From contig NC_042997.1 in assembly GCF_006345805.1 (NCBI RefSeq), positions 129,704,001-129,768,000 on the forward strand: a stretch of DNA of 64,000 nt, given 5' to 3'. This stretch comes from Octopus sinensis (Eukaryota). The position numbers and the translations under genes are program-made. Shown here piece by piece: positions 50,397 through 64,000 of the stretch. Within the stretch, counting starts at the first letter, position 1; each line of letters begins with the position of its first letter. The notes beneath the pieces were generated by a model that worked only from the letters and a program-made list of their open reading frames with translations, was not told the origin of the DNA and made no database searches.

Positions 50397-51424
50397 TATA
50401 GCTCTAAATAATCCGCCTAATTATTAGCTTTTAAAATTCTTATATATTCTTATTATTTTAACTTCAAGATTAGTAACTTAAAATGCTCAAGTTGAAACTA
50501 GATGTATTACTTGTCACTCTCATAAAAAATGGTTAAATGTTTGACACTAAGAAAATGCATGTAAGTAAATATAAAATATATCAAGTACAAAAATTCATAC
50601 AAAATTTCCAATTTGCAGACCCATTCAACAATTGATGAGAAAAAAGAAATCTGAAATCAATATATGAGGTAAGGCTAAATCATCTGAGTTTAAGCATATT
50701 GGCCAAGTGATGTTCAATAGATACTAGGAAAAAATCAGATCTGCTTACAACCCACTTCCTCCAATATAATTTTTTAGTTCCTGCTTATAAGTTGTAATAC
50801 AATAGATTTAATGGCTATAACAAATAGAAATGATCAATGCTAAACAATGGTGATGCTTTGTAAGAACGCTAGAGTTACTATTTTGAACCCATCAGTAGCA
50901 GTACTTGCAAATTGTTTTGGATAGAGTTAAACATTCAAATGAAACAATTAACCAGTAAAAACTGAAATTAACCTGACTTACATAATCACATTTTTGACTG
51001 ATGTCAAATCATTATTTCCATGTTAGTATAGGTAGAGGAATGAGAATCTACAAGGAAATATATTCTACCTAAGAAGCTGTACAACTAATATTATAACAAT
51101 GCATGTATTACTGTTGAAAGGGGTTACTTATAAATGATGTGTGCTTTCTATAACACTTCTGTACAGAGCTGAGAGTTTTCACAAAATGATTTTAAAAAAT
51201 TTTAAAAACCCTTAAAATAAAAGATATAATTTACAATCTGGCAAAAGAATCAAAAATGAACTTAAACTATAATTTTACCAGTGGGGTCTGCTGAAGGACC
51301 AGGCTTGTGATAATAAAATTATCTAAGAATTGTGGGATAACTGAATAGCAGGAGAGACTGCATAAACATGTTTTTAGAAAAACATAACATAAAAAGTGCT
51401 TCTATTTTCCATTAGTTTATTCAT

Positions 51425-51569
51425 CTCGGAGTAGGAAGGGCATCCAGCTGTAGAAACTCTGCCAGATCAGATCGGAGTCTGGTGCAGCCATCTGGTTTGC
51501 CAGACGTCAGTCAAATCGTCCAACCCATGCTAGCATGGAAAGCGGATGTTAAACGATGATGATGATGAT
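51425..51569 (+). mobile_element. RTE 3'-tail fragment
   Basis: taggaagggcatccagctgtagaaac...gcatggaaagcggatgttaaacgatgatgat. Confidence 0.85.
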
Positions 51570-52118
51570 TCCGACACATATAGAAGAAATATTACCAATG
51601 TTTAAAAAGTAATTCCAAAAGGGATGTAAGTACAGTCTACATTTTGAGGAATCCAGAACAATGATTATGATTAAGTTTATTACAAATCAGAAATACACAT
51701 TAGATGATCGTTTTATAGTATTGTGTCTCGAGAGCATTTTTTGTCAACATAGCTCTCTGTTAGAATAACATTCCTCTTATTTCATCAACTCTGGAGAAAT
51801 GAAAGACAAAAGTTGATCCTGGCAGAATTCTAACTCAGTATGTAGGGAGACAAAGCAAAATACTATAAAATATCTGGTCTGGTAACCTACTACTGGTATA
51901 AGTTAACAGCTTATATGAACAACAGCTGAGGACTAATTAAGAATGTGATAAAAGTAAACAGAATTAATGAGACAGAATTAACAATGATTTTTCAAATTAT
52001 ACTCTATCTCATTTAGTCATTTAGTTGTAGCACAGGAGAGATAACGTTGTTCTTAATCTATATTTCAAACCATGCAGTTCACAAGAGAAAGGATTCATTA
52101 ACTATAAAATTAGATCAT

Positions 52119-52345
52119 TAATCCATTAGCATTCATATTACTCTGTCAACTGTAATGCTTATTTAGTCACATTATCTTGAATTAATCATGCATTATCTCA
52201 CATATTTGAGATTTTGATGATTTGATTATTTATTTTCAGAAAGACATTATAGGGTAGGAGTGAGAAGCTGGAGCTGGACAATTTGAACATAAATCAGATA
52301 GAATATTTGGGTCTGATATGGTCAGTTGTAACGCTAAAGATTTAA
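52119..52345. mobile_element. Degenerate piggyBac-like MITE
   Basis: ttaa-tccattagc ... gctaaagat-ttaa, degenerate inverted termini with TTAA on both sides. Confidence 0.5.
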
Positions 52346-53403
52346 ACTAAAAAGTTTTCATAGAAGACACTATATCTTAAATGTATAAACTGCTAAAAGT
52401 CTAAGTATTAAAAAAAGAAAGGAGGGAAGAAGAGATAGAGATATACATTTGAAAGACAAGATACAATTAAAAGTGTAAATAACATCGTTTTTTTTATTTT
52501 AACTTCATTACATGGCAAATTGTTTTAGGGGCTGAGAATAGCCAGCATCATTGGCACATATGCTATCAGTAGAAAAATAAAATGAACAGAAAAGCTGTCC
52601 CTTGTAAAATTCAAACTCAGTCTGCTCGAAAATGGAACTGAGATGAAATGGAATACTGTAAGACATTTAGACTAGGGCTTTACAGTTTCTGTTGACTAAA
52701 CCATTCTTATCAACAATAGCACTGAACTTTTAATACATTATCTGGACCAACAGAAAAAATACAATAAAAATTTCTGAGGTCTGCTGTCTATAAATGAGGA
52801 GCTAATAGGAAAGTTGTGACATCTAAAATTTTGATGACAGAATGTTTAATTAATGTTTTAATACCTAAAATACACCAGTACCAAAGAACACGCACCCCAC
52901 TTCCCACACACACAACAATAAAAAAGAAAACATGACTAAAGGATGAACCAGAAACATAACTGAAAGATGGACCACATCTTCACTGCCGCCACTCTCCTTT
53001 TTAGTTAGCATTAGATTTTTTCAGATTTTTATCTTCAATTATAAATTCATTAACATCTAGGATTCTTTAAACAAATATCAAATAAATCCCAGTACTCAGG
53101 TGGTACTGTGTTTTATTGATCCATCTTCCCAGCAGGATGAAAGGCAAAATTTCCATGGAAGTTCTGAACTCAGAATATAATGAACCATAACTAAATACCA
53201 CAAACAATTTGTCTCAGAATCCTAACAACTCTGATAGACACACACACAGTCTCAACTGTTTGAACATCAGAGTTGAACAAAATCTGTAGTAGTTGGTGCC
53301 TAAGAAGGTATGGTTGTGTGATCAGCTGGACTAAGGATGGCCACTATAACTTCCAATCTCCCAATTCTGCACTGAATTGTTACTAAAAGAATATGTATGT
53401 ATA

Positions 53404-53521
<118 letters not shown>

Positions 53522-53749
53522 TCTGAAAGGTGTGGGCATCAGTCTTTCCCTTAGAGACAACAATAGATGAAAACCTGGAAATACTTAATTTCAAATGATG
53601 GTTATTTAAGAGAATCCAGAAAATTTGTTGCAGGGAAATTTGGAGAATATTACATAACCACTGAAATAGAACTTAATAAAAAGGACTATAAAAAAAAAAT
53701 TCCACATTTTGGTCCTTGGCATTCCTGGTAATTTCCAACTGTGAGTTGG

Positions 53750-54060
53750 TGTATCTGTGTCAAGTTACTATTGTACCTATGTTCTTGTATCTATATCAAG
53801 TTGTTAGTGCTGCATCCATGTCAAATTAATGCTGTGGCAATGTCAAGTTACTGATCTTCTCACGTCAAGTTATTGATGTACCCAAGTCAAGTTATTGATG
53901 TACCTAAGTCAAGTTATTGATGTACCCATGTCGAGTTAATACTGAATCTATGGTCAAGTTAGTACTGCAGCCATGTCAAGCTAGTGCTGTACTTAAATTA
54001 CTTCTGCAATTAAGTTATTGATACATCTATATGAAGTTATTGATGTCCCTAAGTGAAGTT
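53750..54060. repeat. 22-bp minisatellite, ~12 degenerate units
   Basis: gtcaagttattgatgtaccYaa repeated almost exactly at 53864-53930 and degenerating outward. Confidence 0.88.
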
Positions 54061-55604
54061 AAAATGTTGAGATTTATGGAAGCAAAACTAATGTTAAAGG
54101 AAATGAAGAATTGAAATTATCTTTCCATTTTGTCAATCTCTCCAAATTTTTTTTAATAGATCCATTTTCGTGGTTTATTAAGCCTTCTCATTGCAACCAG
54201 CTATAGATATGTGCTCTGAAGTTACACACCACCTACAGCAGTTCTGCTTGTGACTCAATATTGCAGCAGATGCAATATAATGTTTTCACAAGTATATTCT
54301 TCCAGTGATTATTATAAGACACTAAAAGATAAGCTGCAATTTTTCCATATAAAACTAATGTCATAATATTAAGCTAGATTTATACTAAAAGATGTAGACT
54401 GGGGCAATGTGATTGGCTTTTATTTATTCATAACGCATCAAGTAGTCTTTCAGATAACAGAAGTACAGATTCCTTTTCTGTTATTGATACAAATAGAAAT
54501 TCTGCCATAACAAATACAACATAAAATATTGTACATGTGTGCACACATGCACAAACACACACACATATGAGACAGATTCATTTATGTGAAAGTGGATATT
54601 TTGCCAAAACATTAAATCTGTAAAAAAAACAAAAAACTGTTTACTCAACAGTTATATATAACTCATACAGTCCTCTTTGGTTTCTGGTTTCCCTGGTCTC
54701 TGATCCAAGAATTTCCATATATGTATTTACAATTTTATGCAAATATGCAAGTTTGCTGAACCATAAAGTCTCATGTCAGGTTCAATCCCACTACATGGCA
54801 TCTTGAACAAATTTAATTTTCTATAGCCATAAGTTTGCTTATACCTTGAGGATGAAATCAGATTGATGGAAAATTGTATACAAACCCACTGAATGGATTG
54901 TACCTGCAATTGAAATTCAAATGTACTGTTTTGTCACAATATATCAGCTGATTCTGCATCAGAATGATGTTATGGGTACATTCCTGACTGTGGAATGCTC
55001 AGCCACTTTTTATGCTAATTCTTTGAGCAGGAAGGTAATTCAGTTGATCAAACAACTAAATCCTCATAGTTGAAGCTGGCAGAGAAACACACATACAGCT
55101 ATAGAGTCAGTACACAAAACCTTTAATTATGATACTGACTCTTCTATCTGTAATTAGATTAATCATGTACTTCTTATATTAACTGAAAGCACACATAGAC
55201 AATGTGAAGCATCAAGCTATGTTGTAGCAATTTAGCCTGCTAACATTTTGGTTTAATGGTTATAACTATGCTGTTGTGGCCTTTTTATATTATTTATTAA
55301 ATAATTTACAAACAATTAAACATTAGACAACACTTACAAAATTAAAAAAGGAGATTTTTATCAAATGTTCACTCTTAAAGAGCATCTTTGTTTACCAGTT
55401 CAAAAATCTTAGGAACATCAAAGTTAAAACTGAGCTTTTGAACATCTAAAGCAACTTATTAACCATTTTAAAAGAAATAAAATCAATGAAATACATAACC
55501 TCACCTTCTTGAGATCAAAGCATTGATTAAATATTAAATTCAAATGTAGCACAAAACATTAAATGAAATATAAATTATATTGTAAGACTAAAAAGTGTGT
55601 CCCT

Positions 55605-55658
<54 letters not shown>

Positions 55659-58600
55659 AAAAAAATCAGTGTAACTATAAAATAGGGGTTAAATAAAAAA
55701 TCCAGATCTAAAATTTACCAATAACTTGTTAGAAGCAGAATGGTTTGTAGCTTTATAGAAACCCTTAAATCTGATTTAATTATTTTCAATGTAGAAAAGT
55801 CAAATTAATATATGTAAATTAAAAATTTTAACAGATCACATTACAATTTTCATAGTCTGTTTCCATAGCTCCTGAATACAACACATAACTAATTTAAAAC
55901 CTTTAAAAATTGGTGCCAAAATAAAGATGTGCAGGATATATGAAGTGTTTTATTTAATAAAAGAAATACTAAATAGTTTATAGCTAAGAAAAAAACAAAA
56001 TAAAACTAGGATTTAACATAGAAAACAGGCAATTAGCATAGATTGACAAACTTTCAGTTTTTACAAGAAGCAAATTTAAGCATACAAGAGTAAATAAATA
56101 TCTTCTAACTAGTAAGCACATATTGTATAAGTATAGAGAAAGGGAAAATAATATGTTGAAATCAATTAGAAAGAGCAATGAATGGGTAATAGATTATTAA
56201 ATTTGCTATTAACCAGTCATGTAAAAATCTACATCTTTAAATGGTTTCATTGGCAGCTTGTTATATTCCTAAATAAGTAAAATATATCTACTACAAAATT
56301 TAGGAGGTATCTATGAAGTGAGGTATTGCTGGTTTACCTATCTGTCTATATAAAATATCGTCAATATCAGTATTGCTACATTTGTTCAAGATAAAAAGAC
56401 AGTATCATTTCTGGCTAGAATTTATTTACTAAATCAACAGATTTTAGAAAATTGCTAAAAGAAACTTGGGGTTTAATGTTCAACGGATGATTTATAATAT
56501 CCAAACAAGATGCTTCCTTAAAGCAACAAAAAACTATTTTAAGAGTGAGATAACAGGGTACTGAGATAATACAAGCAGATGTTTTAAAAGGACCTAGTCT
56601 CTCAATAATGCACAATGGAATTATGTTCCTGGATCAGTAGTGAGATAAAAGGACAGGATTTATTCTTAGACTTGGTGACAGAACTATAGTTTCAATCCTG
56701 AGAGGGAGAGGGAGGGAGAGAGAAGTGGGCAAGTAAACAGGAAGAACCAATCTAATCCTTTTGAGTCACTAAATCCAAGACTAAAATAGAACATAGAACA
56801 AAGAGAGCATGTGAACACACACATGTACACACATAGTCAGACAGTGAGATCAATGTTGTGCTGATCAATAAATAGTTTCAGAATGTCTAGGTTAAGATGA
56901 AATATGTCTCCAAATTGTTTAAAATGTTGACAGGCTTATTAAGTGAAAATCGAAAATACAATTTGCTTTAAAGGAAAAGGCTAATTAAGAATTATTGTGA
57001 TAGGATAAATCAAAGTGATTTCACATAGAATGAAAAAAGAAAAAAAGAAAATGAAACAGGAGGTTGCTAAGATATTTAAAAAAAATTATTTAAAATAAAA
57101 TGCAATCCTTCTTTATTTCAAAATTATATTGCACACATAGGTTTAATCATGTAGTGTTTGCTGAAAGACTCTTTTGAAATTACTAAAAAGAAAACTATGA
57201 GAGCAACCATAAATAAACAGATATACTGGTGCAGACCAAATATTTTATTTCTTCAATCACATTTACAACTTCAGTGTATAAAAATCCAGTTTTGTCAAGA
57301 GTTAAAGGAAACTTTACTTGACCAAACACATAAACCTCCAACAAATAGATGTGAATACAAGATGTTAGCTACATCATTTTACAAATGCATTAAACATTAA
57401 TTCTGAACAATAATCTGCCTTAAAATTCAAAATATTACTTATGAATAAGTAAATTTATAGATGAATGACATAAATATAATTAAATATATGTTGAGAGATT
57501 ATTGATAGAAACTATAGAAAGGATGGGATAACTGAATTGCATCAATGTGAAAATAATTTCATGCTTGGAAAAATACCACAAAATTGAAATCTATGCTGTG
57601 TGTGTATACATAAGAAAGAGACAGAGAAAAGAGTAGGTGCATGTTTTGTTGCAATTATAAAATATGACATGCAATCTGAGTTGTTGATCATAAAAGAGGG
57701 AAATGAAATACATGTATAGTTTTAATGGAGGCAAAAAATGAACAGAAGACTAATTTGATAGTAAGTATTATCTCACCTGCAGTTGACTCTTTTTGAAAAG
57801 GAAAACAAAATTGTGAGAATATGAATAAACATGAAATTTCAATAAATGTTACTCAAGCTAAAATGCTAAGAGTAATTAATCAGCAGCATTAAGACAATGT
57901 TATCAAATTGATATCAAAACGGTGAAGCCAAAATTGTAGTAATAAGAATGTAAAAATATTGTTTCTAAAAAGATTCAGCCATAAATATAGCCCTAGTGAT
58001 GGGTAAAGTGGAATTTATTGAAGTAGATAGTCAATGAATATATTGAGAAAACTGAGAGAACCAGTTTTATATTTATACACACACACATAGGTAGAACAGT
58101 GGAGAAAGAGTATTCTTCAAAGTATCGTTATGTAGATTTCTTGCAAAACACAACACCAATTTTAACATTCAATTGAATTGATTCCAGCATATTGCTGGTT
58201 TTCTTTTATCGATGCTAATGAGGTGAAAGGTAAAAACCAGTGATGTCTGAACTCATTATGAACAACAACTAAAAAATATGAAGTATTATAGTATGATGCT
58301 CTACTGCCTCAATCATTTCCAATAATCAAACAATATCATATAAACTTTGTATTCTCTCAAACATAATTAGTTTGTAAATATTACCAATTGACAAACTACT
58401 GCATGCTGGAGAATGCAGTATGGTCTTCAATTAGCTAGAGATATGACATATCTGGAACAATGAATTTATGAATCACATCTAGTTGTTTGCACTCAATCAG
58501 AGCTGCTTGAAAGTACACAAGTGGCAGATGATCTATTAATATGCCAACAATGTGAACTCAAAATTAAAATCTGTATAGTAAAAGTGTTAAAATACATTGC

Positions 58601-61600
58601 CACCAGAAAGATAGGTATAAATAAAACATTTAATGTTATTAGCTTAAAATATGTTTCAATACAACAAAAATATTCAAACTAACATGTAATTTAGTAGGCA
58701 AAAATGTAAGATCAATCCACAAAGATGAAAATCAAACACTGAAATCATACAAAACAACAAGATGTGTTTTTATTGAACAGTTAATTTTGAATTAGTCCTG
58801 ATGGCTAGAAATAACACTGAAAATATCCTTAAAGAAAGAGTAGCTTTTATTTTTGTGACTAGGTACAAAAATCTTACATTTTAAGGGAGGTTTTAGAAAT
58901 GGAGAATTGTAACATTTACACCTTTCTTAAGAACATTAACATAGGTGCAACAGATATGGCTGTGTGATTAAGAAATTTGCTTTGCAACCATGTGGTTCCA
59001 AGTCTGATCCTACTGCACAGCATCTTAGGCAGGTGACCAATACTCTGTGAATACCTTTGTGGTCAGAAACTGTACCTGTCATATGTGTGTACTTGTGTGT
59101 ACACTTATGTGCGCTTGCATGAATCTGTATTGAGGTGTCTGACGAAGCTGGTGCTATGTTGAAAAGGTAACTTAGCCACTTAATAGAAATATATAACTGA
59201 AATAAGTACTGGGGTTGACAAGGTCGACTTGTTGCTGCCCCAGCCTTGTTTGTAACTCAATAACTGAAACCAGTAAAAGAATAACATAAATGAAATGAAA
59301 TAGCTTTAAATTGAAACTGCGCTGCAAACACAGCTCAGCAAGAGCTTTCTTGTTGATTTATTAGTGGCACAGATCAGTTTCAAATAAAGGAGAGTGAACT
59401 GAATTGCATGAAATTCCCTATAATTCCACCAATCAATGGTATTTGACAAACCCTACAATTTATTTATTTATAAATAAAACTGAATAAAATGCAGAAATTA
59501 TTTGCATTAATTTTGTTTTAATCTTCTTGTATGTATATATATATATATATATATATCAAAGTAATGATGAAATATATGTAACCATCTGAGATAAGTTTCG
59601 TAGCCAGATGGTAGAAATGTGTGATATGGAGAGAAGCGAAAGGATATAACCTTGATAAAGTTAGCTCAACTGAACAAATGTCTTCCACCTTTTATATAGC
59701 AGGATATAGTGTAAACAGTATGAATGGTGATTCTTCAAGTCTCTAAGTTCCTTCTTCCAAAGATATATTATTTTGAGCAATGTAAAGTTAGAAAAGTAGA
59801 CACATTGCTATTAGACTAGATCCTTTCCTATCACTTTTTTTTTTTTAAATGACATGCAGAGATATGTTTCTAGAAAAATGTCAGAAACTATTTTATATCA
59901 GATTAGTAATGTTAATTCACACACATTATTTAATGTTATATAAAAGAATTATAATTCTCTAACCTAGTTATCCGAAGTTGCAGGATAAGACAAAATTTGC
60001 CATAATAAAGTTGATCAACTTTTTCAAATTCCGTTTCAATTTTTTCTGTATAAAATATTAAACAGAAATTGTATTTTCCTAAAAGAGTTCTTTAAATAAT
60101 TGGACTAAAATAAAACTAACAACAGAAAAATTTAATAGTTAACATAAAAAAAAAAAGCTTTTACAACATATTAGTATCTTAAGTGTTTATAAATTTGGTA
60201 ATAATTCTTATCGAAAGCAAACTGCTTCCGCATTTGGCATAATTCACACTGGTGGTGTTCAGAATAACCGAGAGTTAAAAAGTAAAACATATCTGAGAAA
60301 GAAGTATAATGTAGCAGTTTATTTTAAAATGTTTTTTAAATACCTCAAATACACTAAAAACTGAAATAATTATTTAGAAATTAACAAGTATTCACATGAA
60401 CTGTGAACTGTAATTAGAGGGTCAAATATGCTTTTTAATAAGTATTAGCATATGATGCTGATGATGATATTCCTAATACATAGGTCATTTAAAGCAGGTA
60501 ATTGAAAAGTTTGGACATTTTTGTCACCATATAAGATCACAAGTATTTTATTGAAATTTGAAAGCAATGTAATATGAAGCCACACATGTGTGTGAGTGAA
60601 ACACAACCTTCTCGAAAGGTTACTTTTTATACAGACATAAAAAAAGCCCCAATGATATTTGAAGTATTTTAAAATGCATATCAGGCAATATTAAAAAAAA
60701 AAATCCATGTTTTAATTTATACCAAATCAAATTTGATATCCAGCAAATGGGTTTATAAAGATTTAATTTGATTTGATGTTATTAACCTCAATCTCTACCT
60801 ATTTTTAACAACTCTGTTGCTGAGGAACAGATTCACACGGTTTTCCTTTTGATAGCAGATGTTTGTATTTCTTTTTTTTTGTTTGTTTACCTTTTTAACT
60901 GTTTTACATCCAGCCTTTCAAACTTGCACGAGTGAGATGGGTTTTCTGCAAATGCAATTATTTTTAGTCAGAAACCCTGGTGATGCTCCTGCTGGTACTG
61001 GTGATGTGAATGAAAATGTCCCTTTCACACCCAGATATGTGCAAACAAAAGGAGACAATGCAATGACGAAGGTGCACTCTTTAGTTATGTTGAGGATTAG
61101 TCAACTTTTCTGCGGCCATTGGATGAAGAGCGAAAACAGGGTAGCGAGGATTTTTTAATCATGTTAGGGACAAGACAATCTTTGTGGTGCTGGTGCCATG
61201 ATAAAATGCACCAAGAGCATGCTGTAAAATGGCTAGTGATAGGAAAGCTATCCAACTAGAAATCATGCCAAAAAAACGAATGTACTAGTGAGACTTGGTC
61301 CTAGGTCCATTTTGAGAGCATTAACTCCAAATAAGAACTGACGCGAACTGTGACTACTTGTCCAATCCATGCCAGAATAGGAAAGTGGATGTAACAATGA
61401 TGATAATTATAATGTTCCTAATACTATTCTCTCATCTGTGAAGTAAGAATAGAACCTGTTTTCTATCAATCTAACAAACTGGAGTAGTTATGTGCTTTGC
61501 TCATAAGTACAATGCAATGGCTGTAGTAAGATTTGAATTTAAAGCTATGAAAGTGGGTAGTCAAACAGTTTAACTTCATAAATTTCCACTTTATTTATAT

Positions 61601-62749
61601 AAGTCCAATAATTTGATTCTATTGATAAAGTACAATATCATAATAGGGAAAAGAAAATTCAAGCAAAACTATTTTATATATTCAGGAAAATTTGTCCTAG
61701 ACTATATTTGCTGCAAGTGTTGTTGACCCCTTCAGAGTTGTGAAGCAGGCACATACTTATATACATGAATTGTATAGAATTTAGGTGGCGCATATATGAA
61801 TAGTAAATTTAGCAAACGAGAATTGTCTCTAAGCTAATCAATATACAATAGAAAATATTTTTGTAATTCATTTTCCAAAATATGAAATTCAGTTTCATTT
61901 TCTCAGCAACTGAAACCTAAGAGTGATATTTTACATGGCACTTTATAATAAGGTTTTGATAGAACCAATTATATTGATTTCAAATTTTGGCACAAGGCTA
62001 GCAATTTCTGGGGAGGGGATAAGTCAGTTACATCAACCCCAGCGTTTAACTGGTACTTATTTTATTGACCCCGTAAAGATGAAAGGCAAAGTTTATCCTG
62101 GTAAACAAAAAAAAAAAAAAAATGCTGCTATGCATTTTATCCCATGTGCTAACAATTCTGCCAGCTCACTGCCCCCATAGAACTGATTATATTGACATCA
62201 ATACTTTGATAACCTCGTGAAGAACAGCAAAGACAAAAGGGACATAAAGAGATGAAACAAAGATGGAAAAAGATACAAGGTATTTTGTTTTTTTGATACA
62301 TTGACACTCACCCACCTCTGACATGCTTTCATTCAGTTTAATCTACCAAATTTCACTCACAAGGCCTTGCTTGATCAGAGGCTATGGCAAAAAATGCTTA
62401 CTCAAGGTGCTGCACAGTGAATTCAAATTCAAAACTATATGATTGCTAAAGCAAACTTCTTAACCATATGGCCAATGACTTAAATAGCTGTAACTGTCCT
62501 AGGAGATATCTTGCCACTGATAAAACAGATTTATCACAGGTATTAATTAAAAAAATGGTTTGCCTCAAAAGTGAAGCTCTCCTGCTAAATGGCAATATGC
62601 TCACATGTCAGTTTTAGAGTTATAATTCTGTACATATTTATATGTTTCTTTGCATGTTCAATGACAGAAAGGTAACAGATCTATATAGAACAGGTATAGT
62701 TCAAAACTTTCTGTATTAGTGAGTGCTGAGTAAGGTTAAGGTGGTTTGT

Positions 62750-63720
62750 TGTTAGGCTCTACTTAGAAGCACTAAACATATTAACTTAAGTATTTTATCA
62801 ATATTTATTGCGAGTATGAAAGATGGCAGCTATTTTAAAGACATTGCGGAATTGTTGAATGAGATATGGCTGCTAGATAAAGCAAGCTGTAAGGAGAAAC
62901 GATTGGGAAAAATATATAATGCAGGATTTCAAGAGTGATATACAAAACTAATGACAAGAAGAGAGGCAGATGCTTTGAGCAAATCTGGGTAGAAGTGGTA
63001 CACAAATTGGTAATTTAGATGAGCAGAGCCATTGTAGTACCAAAAGAGTAAGAGTAAAGAGATAAAACAATACATTAATGAGCCAATGAATGCAATATCA
63101 GCACTATTCCATGTAGGCTTAAGTAGTTGCTTGTATAACATCAGTACTGTCCTATATATATATATATATATATAAAGTAGTATTGTGTGTGATCATTGGT
63201 CTGTAAGTAGTTCTCTAATGTGGGTCTAGGTAGTTTGGGTGAGTAATAAGTAGCACTGTTCCAACTAAATGAGTAGCTCCATAATTTCCTTTTGTGTTTA
63301 GGACAGGGCTGACACTGAAGTGTCTTTGTGGTCCTCAAATTTTTCTAGCAATTTTTTAAATGCAAGGTATTTGTGAGCCATTTACCCTTTATACATACAA
63401 GCAATGGACAAAAAATTAATAATCATAATAATAAAAAAGCAGGGCATTATAAAACAAGAAGTTGCTGATTTAGGAGGTTTGTGGTTAAGAGCAGTACTGT
63501 GCAAGTATGTGAAGGGTTCCCTAATGTGAGTTAAACTAAAGTTGAAAGGGGCTGAAATATTCTTGGGTCTGGCAAAAGAAACCTTGCATCTGTAAGTTTT
63601 AGCAATATAATATATGTTCATTTTTCAAGTAATATCTTCATAGATTGTGACCTAACATTTGTAGTGGCTTTGTTCACAAATAGGGAGACAGTAGTAGGAA
63701 AGTCTAACCTTTCAGCTTGA
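62750..63720 (-). mobile_element. Degenerate CR1/L2-group LINE ORF2 3' remnant
   Basis: ORF fragments CKVSFARPK (cf. WxVxFAPxKT) and LYKQLLKPTW...SLLLLFWYYNG (cf. LYKAxVRPxxEY...LSLFYRYYNG). Confidence 0.55.
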
Positions 63721-64000
63721 GTAGCAATCCAGTTTTTGCGGCAGTTTATTTAAAGAGGTGAAGATAGTCATTTGCATCTACACCACCATCATCAATTTTT
63801 CTGTTTTCTATATACACAGGTATGAGTTAGAGAGGTTTGTGACTAAATTTCATCTAATAACTGTGTGTACAAATCTTACACATATTTCATATAATTGGCT
63901 TTTGGTACAGAGAAAAGACTTTGCTGTTGTTTAACACGAGGGCAGCCCTAAATCAAGCAGACTTATGATCAAATGTATTCCAGTTGTGACCATTCTGTTT

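Noticed and set aside
60859-61158. 99-aa ORF on the + strand
   Set aside because: No recognisable motif, low-complexity start, antisense within a Gao intron, and adjacent to a decayed RTE tail.

Overview
AT-rich, microsatellite-rich eukaryotic DNA. The SINE and RTE repeat complement and the Gao protein sequence suggest an octopus/coleoid cephalopod (inference). The only host gene I can support is the 3' part of a heterotrimeric G protein alpha-o subunit (GNAO1-like) on the minus strand: five GT-AG exons at 45496-45336, 32195-32067, 24279-24150, 23143-22990 and 21878-21691, giving 253 codons plus stop and ending in ...NNLRGCGLY. Exons 1-3 were not found and presumably lie beyond 64000. Downstream of the stop is a ~7 kb stretch with no recognisable transposons, probably a very long 3'UTR. 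The rest is transposon debris: a full-length dead Tc1 (DD34E), a mariner foldback, hAT, pogo and piggyBac-like MITEs, Ty3/Gypsy, RTE, CR1/L2-group and Penelope-like remnants, and tRNA-derived SINEs. Almost all other ORFs in the track are microsatellite or TE artefacts. Most notable observations: (1) a 35-bp repeat carrying UACUAAC on the pre-mRNA strand, in seven same-orientation clusters confined to Gao intron 4; (2) five long foldback structures, three inside Gao introns and so candidate ADAR substrates; (3) degenerate hammerhead-ribozyme motifs; (4) tandem double-hairpin units with compensatory changes in an RTE 3'UTR. I see no CRISPR, rRNA or true tRNA gene and no clear evidence of a wholly new protein-coding system.
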